DNA of 34,070 nt from contig CAZOTM010000002.1 in NCBI GenBank assembly GCA_964582675.1, positions 1 to 34,070 on the forward strand, read 5' to 3'. Source of the DNA: an uncultured Clostridiaceae bacterium. Lineage in GTDB: Bacteria; Bacillota; Clostridia; Clostridiales; Clostridiaceae. Below are positions 1 through 9,622 of this stretch, one piece after another (position 1 is the stretch's first letter; every line of letters starts with the position of its first letter). Under the pieces are notes generated by a model. The model saw only the letters and a program-made list of their open reading frames with translations, was not told the origin of the DNA and ran no database searches. Made by a program: the position numbers and the translations under genes.

Positions 1-4
1 CGGT

Positions 5-93
5 CAGGCAGATTATTCGGGGCAGGCAGGTCATTTAGTTCGGGCAGATTATTTAAGTCGGGTAATTATTAAGGCCAGGCAGATTTTTTAGGG
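5..93. repeat. Degenerate 17-18-bp tandem repeat, 5 units, consensus about C(A/G)GGCAGATTATTTAGGG
   Basis: Units start at 5, 23, 41, 59 and 76: caggcagattattcgggg / caggcaggtcatttagtt / cgggcagattatttaagt / cgggtaattattaaggc / caggcagattttttaggg. The array may continue left of the window. Confidence 0.6.
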
Positions 94-1110
94 CAACTGG
101 ATCAGGTTGTACTGAGTGCTGCCCAGGCCCAGTTTTTCAGCATGGAGCAGAGTGTCCCGGCCCACTTCAAAGAGCTTGTTGCCCTCATTGTGCTGGATGA
201 GTTCCAGGCAGGCGGCGTCCAGGGCCACGGGATCCGTGGAGGCGGCTACGCCGATGTTTTCCGCGATGAACTCCATGTGGGCCTTGTTACAGTCACAGAG
301 CTCGGTGATGTTCATGATATAGGAGATATAGAGGTTTGGCCGATTGCCAGCGGCTCCCCAGGCATATTCAGCCACCCGTTTCGGGAAGTCCCGGGCGCCC
401 CAGTCGGTCTTGATGGCGGCAACCGGGCACACGGCAACGCAGGCGGCACAGCCGATGCACTTTTTATCATCGATGAAGGCGGTATCCTCCAGGCTGATGG
501 CATCATAGTTGCAGGCCTCAACACAGGCGCCGCAGGCAATGCACAGATCCTGGGCAACTACCGGATTCAACGTGGAATGCTGGGCCATTTTTCCGCCCCT
601 GGCGGCAAAGCCCATGGCCAGCTGCTTTAAGGCGCCGCCGAAGCCGGCCTCCTGATGCCCCTTAAAATGGGCCAGGATGATGAACTGGTCAAATTCGCCA
701 TAAGCCCTGCCCAGGCGGACATGGTCAAAGATCTCGCCATTGACTGGAACATCGGTGAATTCTTCACCGTGGTGGCCATCGGCAATGGTGATGGGCAGAT
801 TGGTGAAGCCATGGTCATGGGCCGTCTGGAGGTGGTTTTCCCGGGTGGTCCGACTGCCCCGGTACAAAACATTGGTCTCAATGTATCTGGTCTTGATCCC
901 TTTTTCCTGCAAATAGTCGACGACACCCTCAAAGGCGCCCGGCCGGATGAACGTGTCGTTGCCACGCTCACCGAAGTGGACCTTTAAGGGGACTTCGTCC
1001 TTCAGCTGGACGTTTTCCTTCTCCACCAATGTCTCCAACAGGCGTCTGCCTGTGGCCGAGAGCTGTTTTTCATCATAGTCCTTCACGGGCACAAAATATA
1101 CGTTGCTCAT
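88..1110 (-). CDS. DUF362 domain protein with a 2[4Fe-4S] ferredoxin-type insert
   Basis: KVHFGERGN, HFKGH...GFGGALKQLAMGFAARGGK and two CxxCxxCxxxC(P) motifs (CIACGACVEAC, CIGCAACVAVCP). AAGGAG SD fits ATG at 1110 better than 1116. Confidence 0.85.
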   Translation of the reverse strand: MSNVYFVPVKDYDEKQLSATGRRLLETLVEKENVQLKDEVPLKVHFGERGNDTFIRPGAFEGVVDYLQEKGIKTRYIETNVLYRGSRTTRENHLQTAHDHGFTNLPITIADGHHGEEFTDVPVNGEIFDHVRLGRAYGEFDQFIILAHFKGHQEAGFGGALKQLAMGFAARGGKMAQHSTLNPVVAQDLCIACGACVEACNYDAISLEDTAFIDDKKCIGCAACVAVCPVAAIKTDWGARDFPKRVAEYAWGAAGNRPNLYISYIMNITELCDCNKAHMEFIAENIGVAASTDPVALDAACLELIQHNEGNKLFEVGRDTLLHAEKLGLGSTQYNLIQLP

Positions 1111-1136
1111 ATCCATCTCCTTGTTCTTTGCTTATT

Positions 1137-1164
1137 GCTCTTCGCTCTTCGCTCTTCGCTCTTC
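1137..1164. repeat. Perfect heptamer tandem repeat (GCTCTTC)4
   Basis: Four exact copies at 1137, 1144, 1151 and 1158, just upstream of the DUF362 gene SD. Confidence 0.9.
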
Positions 1165-1448
1165 CATCCTCCAACCATGGGTTGTTTCAATAAATATACT
1201 CCCCCAGGCGATCCATGGCGTCTCTTGTCTAATTATAATACGAATCACCGGAGAATAGCTCAATGAAGTTAAGGGGAGGGCAGGGAACTCAACAAATGTC
1301 CTGCAATTAACCTACAGGAAAAGCCGGCGGAGCGGGGGATTTATCCCCATCCGCCTGCCCCAAACGGGGGATTGTATTGTAGAATGGTATCAGGCAAAGG
1401 CCGGATTGACCGCCATAATGCCCATATTGCACTTATCTGGAGGGCCCA

Positions 1449-2318
1449 ATGGATTCAAAGCTGAAAAAGGAAATTTCCGACTATATCTTGTGCATTCTCG
1501 GCGGCATCATTTATGCCCTTGGGATAAGCTTTTTTGTATTTCCCATGGGATTGTTCATCGGCAACATCACCGGGATCGCCCAAATCATTCAGGAACTGGT
1601 CAAATCCATCCTAGGGACCGGTGCCGAATTCACCGGGATCATCCTCCTGATGCTGAACCTGCCCCTCCTGGTTTTATCGTATAAGGTGATCAACCGGAAG
1701 TTTTTCGTGAAGACGGTGTTGACAGTCACCGCCCAGTCCTTTGCCATGGCAGCCTTTCCGGTACTGCAGCAGCCGCTCTTAAACGACCCCTTGACCCTGT
1801 GCATCGTCGGCGGCGCCATCGCCGGCTTTGGTGCCGGCTTCTCCCTGCTTTACGGCGGATCCGGCGGCGGGCTGGACATCGTCGGCGTATATGTCTCCCT
1901 CCGCTATAAAAACTTCAGCGTGGGCAAGGTCTCCCTCCTGGTAAGCTCCGTGGTATTTGTCTTTGCCCTCTTAAAGTACGATATCTCCATCCTGATCTAC
2001 AGCGTCGTATTTACACTGATCTACTCCTTCGTCTTAGACAGTGTCCACTCCCAGAACGTCAAGATCAGCGCCCTGATCGTCACAAAAAACCCGGACATCG
2101 GCAAATACATCAACAATACCGTCAAACGGGGCGTCACCACCTGGAAGGGACAGGGGGTCTACTCCGGCAAGGACAGCTATATTATTTTCACTGTGGTGAA
2201 TAAATACGAGTTCCTGAACTTAAAAAAAGTCCTGGCCGAAATGGATCCGGAGATCTTCATCGTCGACTGGGGTAAAATCAATGTGACGGGCAACTTCAAG
2301 ACCCAGCTGTTTGACTAA
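1449..2318 (+). CDS. YitT family membrane protein (DUF161/DUF2179)
   Basis: Multiple TM segments, GxxTGIAQ, LNLPLL, GGSGGGLDI, RGVTTWKGQGVYSG and a C-terminal DPEIFI. GGAGG SD. Confidence 0.9.
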   Translation: MDSKLKKEISDYILCILGGIIYALGISFFVFPMGLFIGNITGIAQIIQELVKSILGTGAEFTGIILLMLNLPLLVLSYKVINRKFFVKTVLTVTAQSFAMAAFPVLQQPLLNDPLTLCIVGGAIAGFGAGFSLLYGGSGGGLDIVGVYVSLRYKNFSVGKVSLLVSSVVFVFALLKYDISILIYSVVFTLIYSFVLDSVHSQNVKISALIVTKNPDIGKYINNTVKRGVTTWKGQGVYSGKDSYIIFTVVNKYEFLNLKKVLAEMDPEIFIVDWGKINVTGNFKTQLFD

Positions 2319-2514
2319 CGCCTCATAATGAACCATCACCCTTGTCATGACAAGGAGAGCTCCTTAAGATGAAAGCTCACTTCACCCTTTCCCCAATGGT
2401 CATTTCCACTCATGATGGTCAAGTGAAGAGTTACTGAAAAATCAACCAAATAACCAACCAATCAATCGAACTTATCGAAGGTCGAATAATCGACCATCGA
2501 CCAATCGAATCAAC

Positions 2515-2556
2515 GACAGCAAAACGAGGACCAAAAATGATCCTCTTTTTGCTGTC
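2515..2556. terminator. Stem-loop between convergent genes, probable intrinsic terminator
   Basis: GACAGCAAAACGAGGA ... TCCTCTTTTTGCTGTC inverted repeat 20 bp past the quinone reductase stop. Confidence 0.65.
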
Positions 2557-2576
2557 ATTTGTTGTCTGATATTCGA

Positions 2577-3566
2577 TCAAGCCAGGTCACTGATCTTGAA
2601 GATCAGCTTACCGTTGGATTTGCGGTCCATGACGACTTCATGGGCCCGGTTGGCGTCGGCTAGGGCAAAGGTTTCGCCCAGGACGGGGACCAGACTGCCG
2701 TCAGACAGCATCTTTTCCAGAGCATTGAAGCACTGGGCCATTTCCTCCGGGGTATAGTTGGGGACGCCCATTCCCCGGATATCCGTATCCTTGCCCATCA
2801 TCAACCGTGGGTTGATCTCTATGGCTCCCCGGTTGCCGACGATGACCACCCGGCCGTATCTGGCTAGGATCTCCAGATCGGTTTGCAGATTGACATTGGC
2901 TAAAAACTCGATGATAAGATCCACACCCTTGTCACCGGTTAGTTTCATCAGTTCTGCCTTATTGGCTGCGGTGATGTGGGCCAGTGCGAAGTCAGCACCG
3001 TGGCTTAGGATGCTGGCCCGACCTTCCGGTGAACTGGCCGTCCCGATGACCGTAGCTCCGACGGATTTTGCCATCTGGATCGCCAATAAGCCGACGCCGC
3101 CGCTGGCTCCGTGGATCAGAACCGTATCCTCCGGCTTGATCTGGCCACGGATGAATAGGGCCCGGTAAGCCGCAGTCCCTGGGATCCCTAAGGCAGCGCC
3201 CTGTTCAAAGGATACATTGTCCGGCAGGCTGTGGCAGGCAGCTTCACTGACTACCACCTTCTCCGCATAGGTTCCGGTGTTTTTCGTGGCGCCGAAGCCG
3301 GCGATGTAGACCCGGTCCCCGGCTTTAAACTTCGTTACGTCCGGGCCAACTGCTTCCACGATGCCCGCTCCGTCAAAGCCCGGGGTAAAGGGCAGCTGGG
3401 GGATAAAGAAGGCATAGGTACCCGTCATGACATAGGTTTCATTGGGATTGATTCCGGCTGCCGCCAGGCGGACCTTGACTTCTCCGGCGCCAGCCGTTGG
3501 TTCCGCGATTTCTTTTAACACCATTCCGTTGGTAAGACCAAATTGTGATACTTCGATTGCTTTCAA
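2577..3566 (-). CDS. qor: NADPH:quinone reductase (zeta-crystallin/MDR family)
   Basis: AAGINP, LPFTPGFDGAG, GTYAE and LIHGASGGVG (Rossmann fold). No Zn-ligand Cys cluster. TTG start with AGGAGG SD. Confidence 0.85.
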   Translation of the reverse strand: MKAIEVSQFGLTNGMVLKEIAEPTAGAGEVKVRLAAAGINPNETYVMTGTYAFFIPQLPFTPGFDGAGIVEAVGPDVTKFKAGDRVYIAGFGATKNTGTYAEKVVVSEAACHSLPDNVSFEQGAALGIPGTAAYRALFIRGQIKPEDTVLIHGASGGVGLLAIQMAKSVGATVIGTASSPEGRASILSHGADFALAHITAANKAELMKLTGDKGVDLIIEFLANVNLQTDLEILARYGRVVIVGNRGAIEINPRLMMGKDTDIRGMGVPNYTPEEMAQCFNALEKMLSDGSLVPVLGETFALADANRAHEVVMDRKSNGKLIFKISDLA

Positions 3567-3732
3567 TATACTTGCCTCCTATCAGGTTAGATTAATAGCT
3601 GAATTTGTCTCATATATATAATCTATCACCATCTTATTAATTTTCTGCGTATGAAAATCGCCTGATTCATGAACAAAACCCGATAATTCATAAAAAATCG
3701 GCCAGAATGACAAAAGAATAAAATTTCCTTCA

Positions 3733-3761
3733 TTGACTTAAAAGAAAGCCATTGTTATAAT
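3733..3761 (+). promoter_or_regulatory. Sigma-A promoter of tRNA-Ser
   Basis: TTGACT (3733-3738), 17-bp spacer, TG extension and TATAAT (3756-3761), 33 bp before the tRNA. Confidence 0.85.
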
Positions 3762-3794
3762 TAGGCTTGTCAATTTAAAATTCATTTTTAATTC

Positions 3795-3885
3795 GGAGAT
3801 TTACTCAAGAGGCCGAAGAGGCGCCCCTGCTAAGGGCGTAGGTCGGGTAACCGGCGCGAGGGTTCAAATCCCTCAATCTCCGCCA
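3795..3885 (+). tRNA. tRNA-Ser (anticodon GCT)
   Basis: Acceptor stem GGAGATT/AATCTCC, anticodon arm CGCCC-CTGCTAA-GGGCG, long variable arm, T-arm GAGGG-TTCAAAT-CCCTC, discriminator G and encoded CCA. Confidence 0.97.
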
Positions 3886-3896
3886 AACATTAAGAT

Positions 3897-3943
3897 CGCA
3901 GTTCAAACCATAGATTATGGGTTGAACTGCGTTCTTGTTTTTT
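3897..3943 (+). terminator. Intrinsic terminator after tRNA-Ser
   Basis: CGCAGTTCAAACCATA-GAT-TATGGGTTGAACTGCG hairpin followed by TTCTTGTTTTTT. Confidence 0.8.
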
Positions 3944-4014
3944 ACAGAATTATTTTTCCTTACAATGTTTTGTAGGGTGTTTAGCTTAAGACTTCCAATT
4001 TCTACCGAACCATA

Positions 4015-7000
4015 CTAAAGTTTTCCCATAATATTCAATAATGTCTGATAACTGTCAACATCATGGTATTTCACCTGGCTGGTAGAAATTTCGTTGAAGA
4101 GTTTCTTGGCACAGGAAATCTTGGCTTGCTCAATGGGCCTTAAGTTCAAACTGTCCATGGTACCTTTGGTTTCAGCGATAAAGAAGATGTGCTTCACTGT
4201 GTTCTCATTAAAGGCGATTGCCCAGTCTGGGGAATAATTCCCAACTGGAGTGGGGATTGAGAAGCCTTTTGGCAGCTTTGCATATACACTGACTTCTGCG
4301 GCGGCTTCCAAGTCTTCCGCAAACCTGCGTTCCACGCTCATTTCAGCCATTCCATCGGTGATGACGTATTCCTGAACATGCTTGTGAGAGCGGAAAGCCT
4401 TGCTGAAATCATTGTTTTTCTTTTCCGTAAACACAGTGCTCTCATATTTTTGATCGGTTTCGTTATAGCTGATATGTTCTACAATCATTGTTGCCTTTTC
4501 TTCGTTGATCAGCCGGATGGATTTCATAATGAATTCTTCAGGATTGAGTTTAAACAAGTCAAAAGTCTGTGGTTCTATACCTTTCAAGATGGCGACAATG
4601 GTTTTTCTGGTCAGAGTGGTACCTTCTGCAATCTTGCCAATCAGATCGTATTTGATCTTACTTGTTTCTGAGTATTTAAGTTCAACCGTTCGGCTTCTTT
4701 GGTCGACAAAGGAATCACTGCGGTCCAATGCATGCTCATTCATATTATCAGCCTGCTGGCCTTTGGTCACAGTATATTGAAGCCTTGTAACGTACATCTT
4801 TTCATTAAGGCTGCGGATTGAATTCCGGATCAACTCATCACTGTCAAAATCTACGATGTAGGCATATTTGTGATTGATGTAATTCCAAAGTGTTTGAAAC
4901 TCTTTTTTATAGAAATTATCATTGAGAGCATTCCCTTTGATGGTTGTTGTATTTCCGTTATCGATCATTGTATCAAGGGCAGATTCATCATAGATGCCCT
5001 GGATCAATTGATGGATACCAGTTGTATAGGGGACCAGGTCCTCATGCAACAGCTGCAAGCGATTGTTTTCCACATCGGTATGATAGGCGTCTGTGATTTT
5101 GTCATCACCATCAACATATTCATTTTTCACCAAATACTGATAAATGTTGCGGGCTAGTCGTTCACCCACAACCATCGGTTTCTCATCGACGATAATGGTT
5201 TTGCCGATAAAGTAATCAATGCTGGCCTTGCTGGGGCGGTCGTAAAGATCTTCCCGAATATCCTTCTGCAGGTCGCTCACGAACTGACGATAGCTCTCAC
5301 TGGCAATTACGGTAAGCTTGTTGATTTCATGAACGTTCCCATCACAGCGCTGGGTATCCATCCGGACCCCGTTCTTGTCCACAGAGAGCCGCAGGCCCCG
5401 GCCAACTTCCTGCCGTTTTTGGGTCGTACTCTCACTGTGTTTCAGGGTACAGATTTGGAATACATTGGGATTGTCCCAACCTTCACGGAGGGCAGAATGG
5501 GAAAAAATGAATCTTACCGGCTCCTCGAAACTCAAAAGTCGTTCCTTGTCTTTCAGGATCAAATCATATGCTGAGACGTCATCACTTTCCTCGCTGCCCC
5601 GTTTGAGTTTACTGTCAATTTTCCGGCCTTTTTTATCAATGCTGAAGTAACCGGTATGGGTCCGCTCCACAGCGATGCTCTTCAAATATTTAACGTAGGG
5701 TGTTTCATCCAGGGTGATGTAGTTGTTCAGTATCGAAAGATATTCTTCTTCAAAGATGTCGCCATATTCGGAGTTGGTTTCTTTACCTTCCTCGTCGTAC
5801 ACCCGGTATTTGGCCACTTCATCTATGAAAAATAAGGAAAGTGTCTTGATCCCCTGATCAAACAAGCTCTGCTCCTTTTCAAAATGGGAAATTATGGTTT
5901 CCCGGATCTGGATTCGGCGCATATCTTTTTCCGACACGTCGCCAACCACCACACCGCGTTCCAATACAAACCCATTGGTAAAAGTCACTTTTCCCTGTAT
6001 GGGATCGATGTCGCTGATATGGAAGCCTTTATACTGTTCCATTTCGTTGGAAATAAAATACAGGTCATCATCCACATTTAGGAGCCTAGTTTCCCGATTG
6101 ATGGACTTTCCATATTTGATCTCCATCTCAATTTTTGCCACCGGGGGCTTTTTGGGGGAAATGATGATGTTCTCAAGGAATAGATAATGATCGGTCCCAC
6201 GGAAGTTTTTGACCTCGAAGCCTTTGACTTCGATCTTCTTGACCAGCCTTTTATTATAAGCATCCAACGCATCAAGGACATAAACCAAATTATGCTGCTG
6301 GGCGTGCGTCGCTGAGTAATTCAGGCAGAACAAGGGGTCAAAGTTTTTCAGGCTCTCCTGAGTGGCTTTTCCTCCCATTTTCTGCGGTTCATCCAAAATT
6401 AATATGGGACGATTGGCTCGAATAACATCAATTGGCTTGCGACTGCCGAACTGATCCATGACATCATAAATTCGACGATTATCGGCACCCTTGGCATTAA
6501 ATGCCTGGATGTTGATGATCATGACATTGATCCCTGAACTGGAGCTGAAATTATCCAGCTCCGCCAGGTTCGAACTGTTATAGATAAAGTAACGAATCTT
6601 CTTTGAATAGTGTTCCATGAAGTGATCCTGGGTCATTTCAAAGGACTTCCTGACGCCCTCACGGATGGCGATGGAAGGAACTACGATAATAAACTTGCTC
6701 CATCCATACTGCTTGTTAAGTTCGAAAATCGTTTTGATATACACATAGGTTTTCCCGGTTCCCGTCTCCATATCGACATCCAGACTGCAACGGCCAAGGT
6801 GCTTTACCAAATCACCAGAAAGTTTCATGTTGTTCAGCCTCTGGATATCATGGATGTTGTCGAGAAGGAGATCATCATTCAACACAATGGGATTATTGCC
6901 AAAACCCAAAGTCAAATCAACTTGCTCTTCTCCAGGAAAATGTCTAGTCTGATCTAAGAATCCTCCAGCATCCACCCCAAGATCGCGGATATAGCCGACT

Positions 7001-7089
7001 CTATCAGAATATGGCTGGCCATTGAACACATTGACCACACTATTTACCGCCTCGGTTTGATAGGGCTGAATTTTGAATTGAAATTTCAT
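4015..7089 (-). CDS. res: Type III restriction enzyme, Res subunit
   Basis: METGTGKT (motif I), ILDEPQ, YSAT, LREGWDNPNVFQIC, QEVGRGLRL and a C-terminal PD-(D/E)XK site YSPDWAI...FIAETKG. Confidence 0.95.
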   Translation of the reverse strand: MKFQFKIQPYQTEAVNSVVNVFNGQPYSDRVGYIRDLGVDAGGFLDQTRHFPGEEQVDLTLGFGNNPIVLNDDLLLDNIHDIQRLNNMKLSGDLVKHLGRCSLDVDMETGTGKTYVYIKTIFELNKQYGWSKFIIVVPSIAIREGVRKSFEMTQDHFMEHYSKKIRYFIYNSSNLAELDNFSSSSGINVMIINIQAFNAKGADNRRIYDVMDQFGSRKPIDVIRANRPILILDEPQKMGGKATQESLKNFDPLFCLNYSATHAQQHNLVYVLDALDAYNKRLVKKIEVKGFEVKNFRGTDHYLFLENIIISPKKPPVAKIEMEIKYGKSINRETRLLNVDDDLYFISNEMEQYKGFHISDIDPIQGKVTFTNGFVLERGVVVGDVSEKDMRRIQIRETIISHFEKEQSLFDQGIKTLSLFFIDEVAKYRVYDEEGKETNSEYGDIFEEEYLSILNNYITLDETPYVKYLKSIAVERTHTGYFSIDKKGRKIDSKLKRGSEESDDVSAYDLILKDKERLLSFEEPVRFIFSHSALREGWDNPNVFQICTLKHSESTTQKRQEVGRGLRLSVDKNGVRMDTQRCDGNVHEINKLTVIASESYRQFVSDLQKDIREDLYDRPSKASIDYFIGKTIIVDEKPMVVGERLARNIYQYLVKNEYVDGDDKITDAYHTDVENNRLQLLHEDLVPYTTGIHQLIQGIYDESALDTMIDNGNTTTIKGNALNDNFYKKEFQTLWNYINHKYAYIVDFDSDELIRNSIRSLNEKMYVTRLQYTVTKGQQADNMNEHALDRSDSFVDQRSRTVELKYSETSKIKYDLIGKIAEGTTLTRKTIVAILKGIEPQTFDLFKLNPEEFIMKSIRLINEEKATMIVEHISYNETDQKYESTVFTEKKNNDFSKAFRSHKHVQEYVITDGMAEMSVERRFAEDLEAAAEVSVYAKLPKGFSIPTPVGNYSPDWAIAFNENTVKHIFFIAETKGTMDSLNLRPIEQAKISCAKKLFNEISTSQVKYHDVDSYQTLLNIMGKL

Positions 7090-7098
7090 ACCCGACCC

Positions 7099-8985
7099 CT
7101 ACAATACTTTACGGATCGTCTGTGGGCTATAAGTATCAAAGATTTGATCAAAGTTAGCTCCTACCGAATCCTTGGCAAAACCACTATCCCGGAAAACTGA
7201 ATAATGGGGCTTTCGCTTTGCAATTTCAGTCACCACTTCATCCGAAATATTCGAATCGAAACAGGCAATGAGATCCCCGTCTGCAACGCTGAATACTTTC
7301 TTACCACTGATCTCAAATTCTTCGATTTTCGAGGATAACATAACCCCAAGGTCCAGCATCACCTGGAACAGCAAATCTTCAGACGTACGGTCATGCTTAA
7401 TATTATCCTCTAAATCATCCAACAAGGATTGCTGCATTTCTCCAGGGGAATAGTAAACATCCTGCATATTCGAGCTATCAACTTTCAATACCCTGAATCC
7501 TATATCCAACTCCTTGGCAGCATCTCCAGCCTCTTTTTTGATGAGATTCCCAGCTCTTCGAATTCTTTCCTTACCTATTTCGCATATGTTCTCAAATTCA
7601 GTTATAAAAGAATCGCTAGTGCTGTTAATTATTTCAGGTAATTGAACTAAAATATACTTTCGGCGTCCATTATCCAAATAATTAGATTTCATCACAGCAT
7701 GGGCAGTCGTAGCGGATCCGGAAAAAAAATCGAGAATAGTTGCGTTTTTATCTGCAAAAGAGAATATTCTCTGCATAAATAAAGTCAGTTTTGCGGTGTC
7801 AAACACTTTGTTTTTGAATAGCGTGATGATTTCGGATGAACTTCCGACCAATAAGTCAATCCATGAATTATTAAGTAATGTTGAATCAGTTGGTGGTACA
7901 TAATGCTCAGGTTTACCATTTTTCGATAATCTAAGCAAGTCAACTTCATTTGGTTGTGTATACCACCATTTATCTATTACCTCTTGAGTTACTGTATCCT
8001 CAGTTTCATTTGTATCTAACAGCATTTGTTTATAGTTTTCTACTGCGATTTCACTTCTCTCTTTTCCCCATCTCCACTGCCCTGTAGAAGGAATTAAATC
8101 GAATAATTCGTATCTCATTGTTGGTCTATCAGTTCCTCGCCAGTGATTATTCCATGAGCCTTCTTTTAAATTATCAAGTTTTTTTGTTTGCTTTGGAAAT
8201 CTATATGTGGCTGTTTTTGAGTAAAACAAAATGTACTCAAATCCTTGACCCAATCTTTCCCAAGTATCGAATTGAGACTGGACTGATTTGGATCCTCTTC
8301 GAATGATAATTTGATTTCTAAAGTTCCCTTCACCAAATATCTCATCACATATCTTTCTCAGGTTGGCAACTTCCTCATCTCCAATGGACACAAAAAATAA
8401 ACCATTTGGACTCAGTAAATCTTTTGCCAACCGTATCCTTGGGTATATCATATCGAGCCAATTTGTATGGAAACGTCCGTTTGATTCAATGTTGCAGATC
8501 AAACGATTAGAATTTTGATCAATTTGCTCATTTTTATTCAAATAATCACTACGGCTAATTTTAAAATTATCTTTATAAACAAAATCATTACCAGTATTGT
8601 ATGGAGGATCAATATAGATTATATCAATTTTTCCTAAATAGGTTTCTTGAAGTAGCTTTAGTGCATCAAGGTTATCGCCCTCAATGTATAAGTTCTCAGT
8701 GGTATCGAAGTCGACACTTTCTTCCCGGCAGGGTCTGAGAGTTTTGGCGATGGGTGAGTTGGCAAGGAGGATTGACTTGCGTTTGTCAGGCCAAGTAAAA
8801 TGATATCTCTCGGCTGGGCCATCCACAACTATATCCGAAAGTTCCTGTCTGAGCACGTCAAAGTCGATGGCATGGGTGACTTTACCATCTTTAATGACTT
8901 CGGTCAGTGTATTTGGGAATAGCTCTGCTATTTTTGATATGTTGTCTTCCACAATGTCTTTGGAATGCATGCTTAATTTATCCAT
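7099..8985 (-). CDS. mod: Type III R-M methyltransferase, Mod subunit (beta class, likely m6A)
   Basis: NLYIEGDNL, IYIDPPYNTG (motif IV), ILDFFSGSATTAHA (motif I) and ICEIGKERIRRA. GGAGG SD favours ATG at 8985 (MDKLSM). Confidence 0.95.
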   Translation of the reverse strand: MDKLSMHSKDIVEDNISKIAELFPNTLTEVIKDGKVTHAIDFDVLRQELSDIVVDGPAERYHFTWPDKRKSILLANSPIAKTLRPCREESVDFDTTENLYIEGDNLDALKLLQETYLGKIDIIYIDPPYNTGNDFVYKDNFKISRSDYLNKNEQIDQNSNRLICNIESNGRFHTNWLDMIYPRIRLAKDLLSPNGLFFVSIGDEEVANLRKICDEIFGEGNFRNQIIIRRGSKSVQSQFDTWERLGQGFEYILFYSKTATYRFPKQTKKLDNLKEGSWNNHWRGTDRPTMRYELFDLIPSTGQWRWGKERSEIAVENYKQMLLDTNETEDTVTQEVIDKWWYTQPNEVDLLRLSKNGKPEHYVPPTDSTLLNNSWIDLLVGSSSEIITLFKNKVFDTAKLTLFMQRIFSFADKNATILDFFSGSATTAHAVMKSNYLDNGRRKYILVQLPEIINSTSDSFITEFENICEIGKERIRRAGNLIKKEAGDAAKELDIGFRVLKVDSSNMQDVYYSPGEMQQSLLDDLEDNIKHDRTSEDLLFQVMLDLGVMLSSKIEEFEISGKKVFSVADGDLIACFDSNISDEVVTEIAKRKPHYSVFRDSGFAKDSVGANFDQIFDTYSPQTIRKVL

Positions 8986-8998
8986 TGTTCCTCCATGT

Positions 8999-9622
8999 TT
9001 AGTCTTGTTCAAGTTCTTCCAGTTGTTTCTTTAGCTGCCGGACTTTGCCGGCCAATTCGAATCTCTTTTTTGGCTGGCGTTCTGACCAGGCTTTTGTATC
9101 GGTTTTATCGATCTCTCTCTTGATATTTTGGATCTCGACCTGTCTTTTCAGTTTTTCATCAATATTGAGATCAGCTATATTTTTTACGGTTTCCTGGTGT
9201 ATGGCTATCTGTTCAATGAGATTTGTCCATATTTGATCTAAATTGTTGCCTTGCAGTTGAGTTTGCTCTCCCAGTGTTAGCTGCCATTTGGATTTGTAGA
9301 GTCGCTGGTAGTATAATGCCTGCTGCTCTTTGTCTTCATGTTGGAGAATGAAAAGAATCTTGTGTTTATTTTGGTGAGCTATTTTTTCGAGGATTTTATA
9401 TTCAAAGTCCAGCTTTTTCAAATCGATCCTTAATACAAGAATCTCTTCAATCTTCGAGGGCTGGAGATTCAAGCTCTTATTTGTGAGAGAATACTCAACG
9501 GTGATTCGTTTGATATCTGATATAAATCGGTCTTTAAGTTCGGCTGATAGTTGCAGGTGCTTATAGAATGCTTCCTTGGGCAGGATTCGACCAACTTCAG
9601 CTGATTTTGGAAATTTTATCAT
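8999..9622 (-). CDS. DUF4391-like protein
   Basis: N-terminal FPKSAEVGRILPKEAFY, EEILVLRIDLK, GNNLDQIWTNLIEQI and a C-terminal coiled coil with ERQPKKRFEL. Its position between SNF2 helicase and mod is typical. ATG overlaps the helicase stop (TAATG). Confidence 0.8.
   Translation of the reverse strand: MIKFPKSAEVGRILPKEAFYKHLQLSAELKDRFISDIKRITVEYSLTNKSLNLQPSKIEEILVLRIDLKKLDFEYKILEKIAHQNKHKILFILQHEDKEQQALYYQRLYKSKWQLTLGEQTQLQGNNLDQIWTNLIEQIAIHQETVKNIADLNIDEKLKRQVEIQNIKREIDKTDTKAWSERQPKKRFELAGKVRQLKKQLEELEQD

Noticed and set aside
116-987. Several overlapping ORFs within the DUF362 gene
   Set aside because: Alternative-frame or antisense ORFs expected in GC-rich coding DNA.
1326-1355. GC-rich hairpin upstream of the YitT gene as a riboswitch
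   Set aside because: A hairpin is present, but no riboswitch or T-box consensus was recognised.
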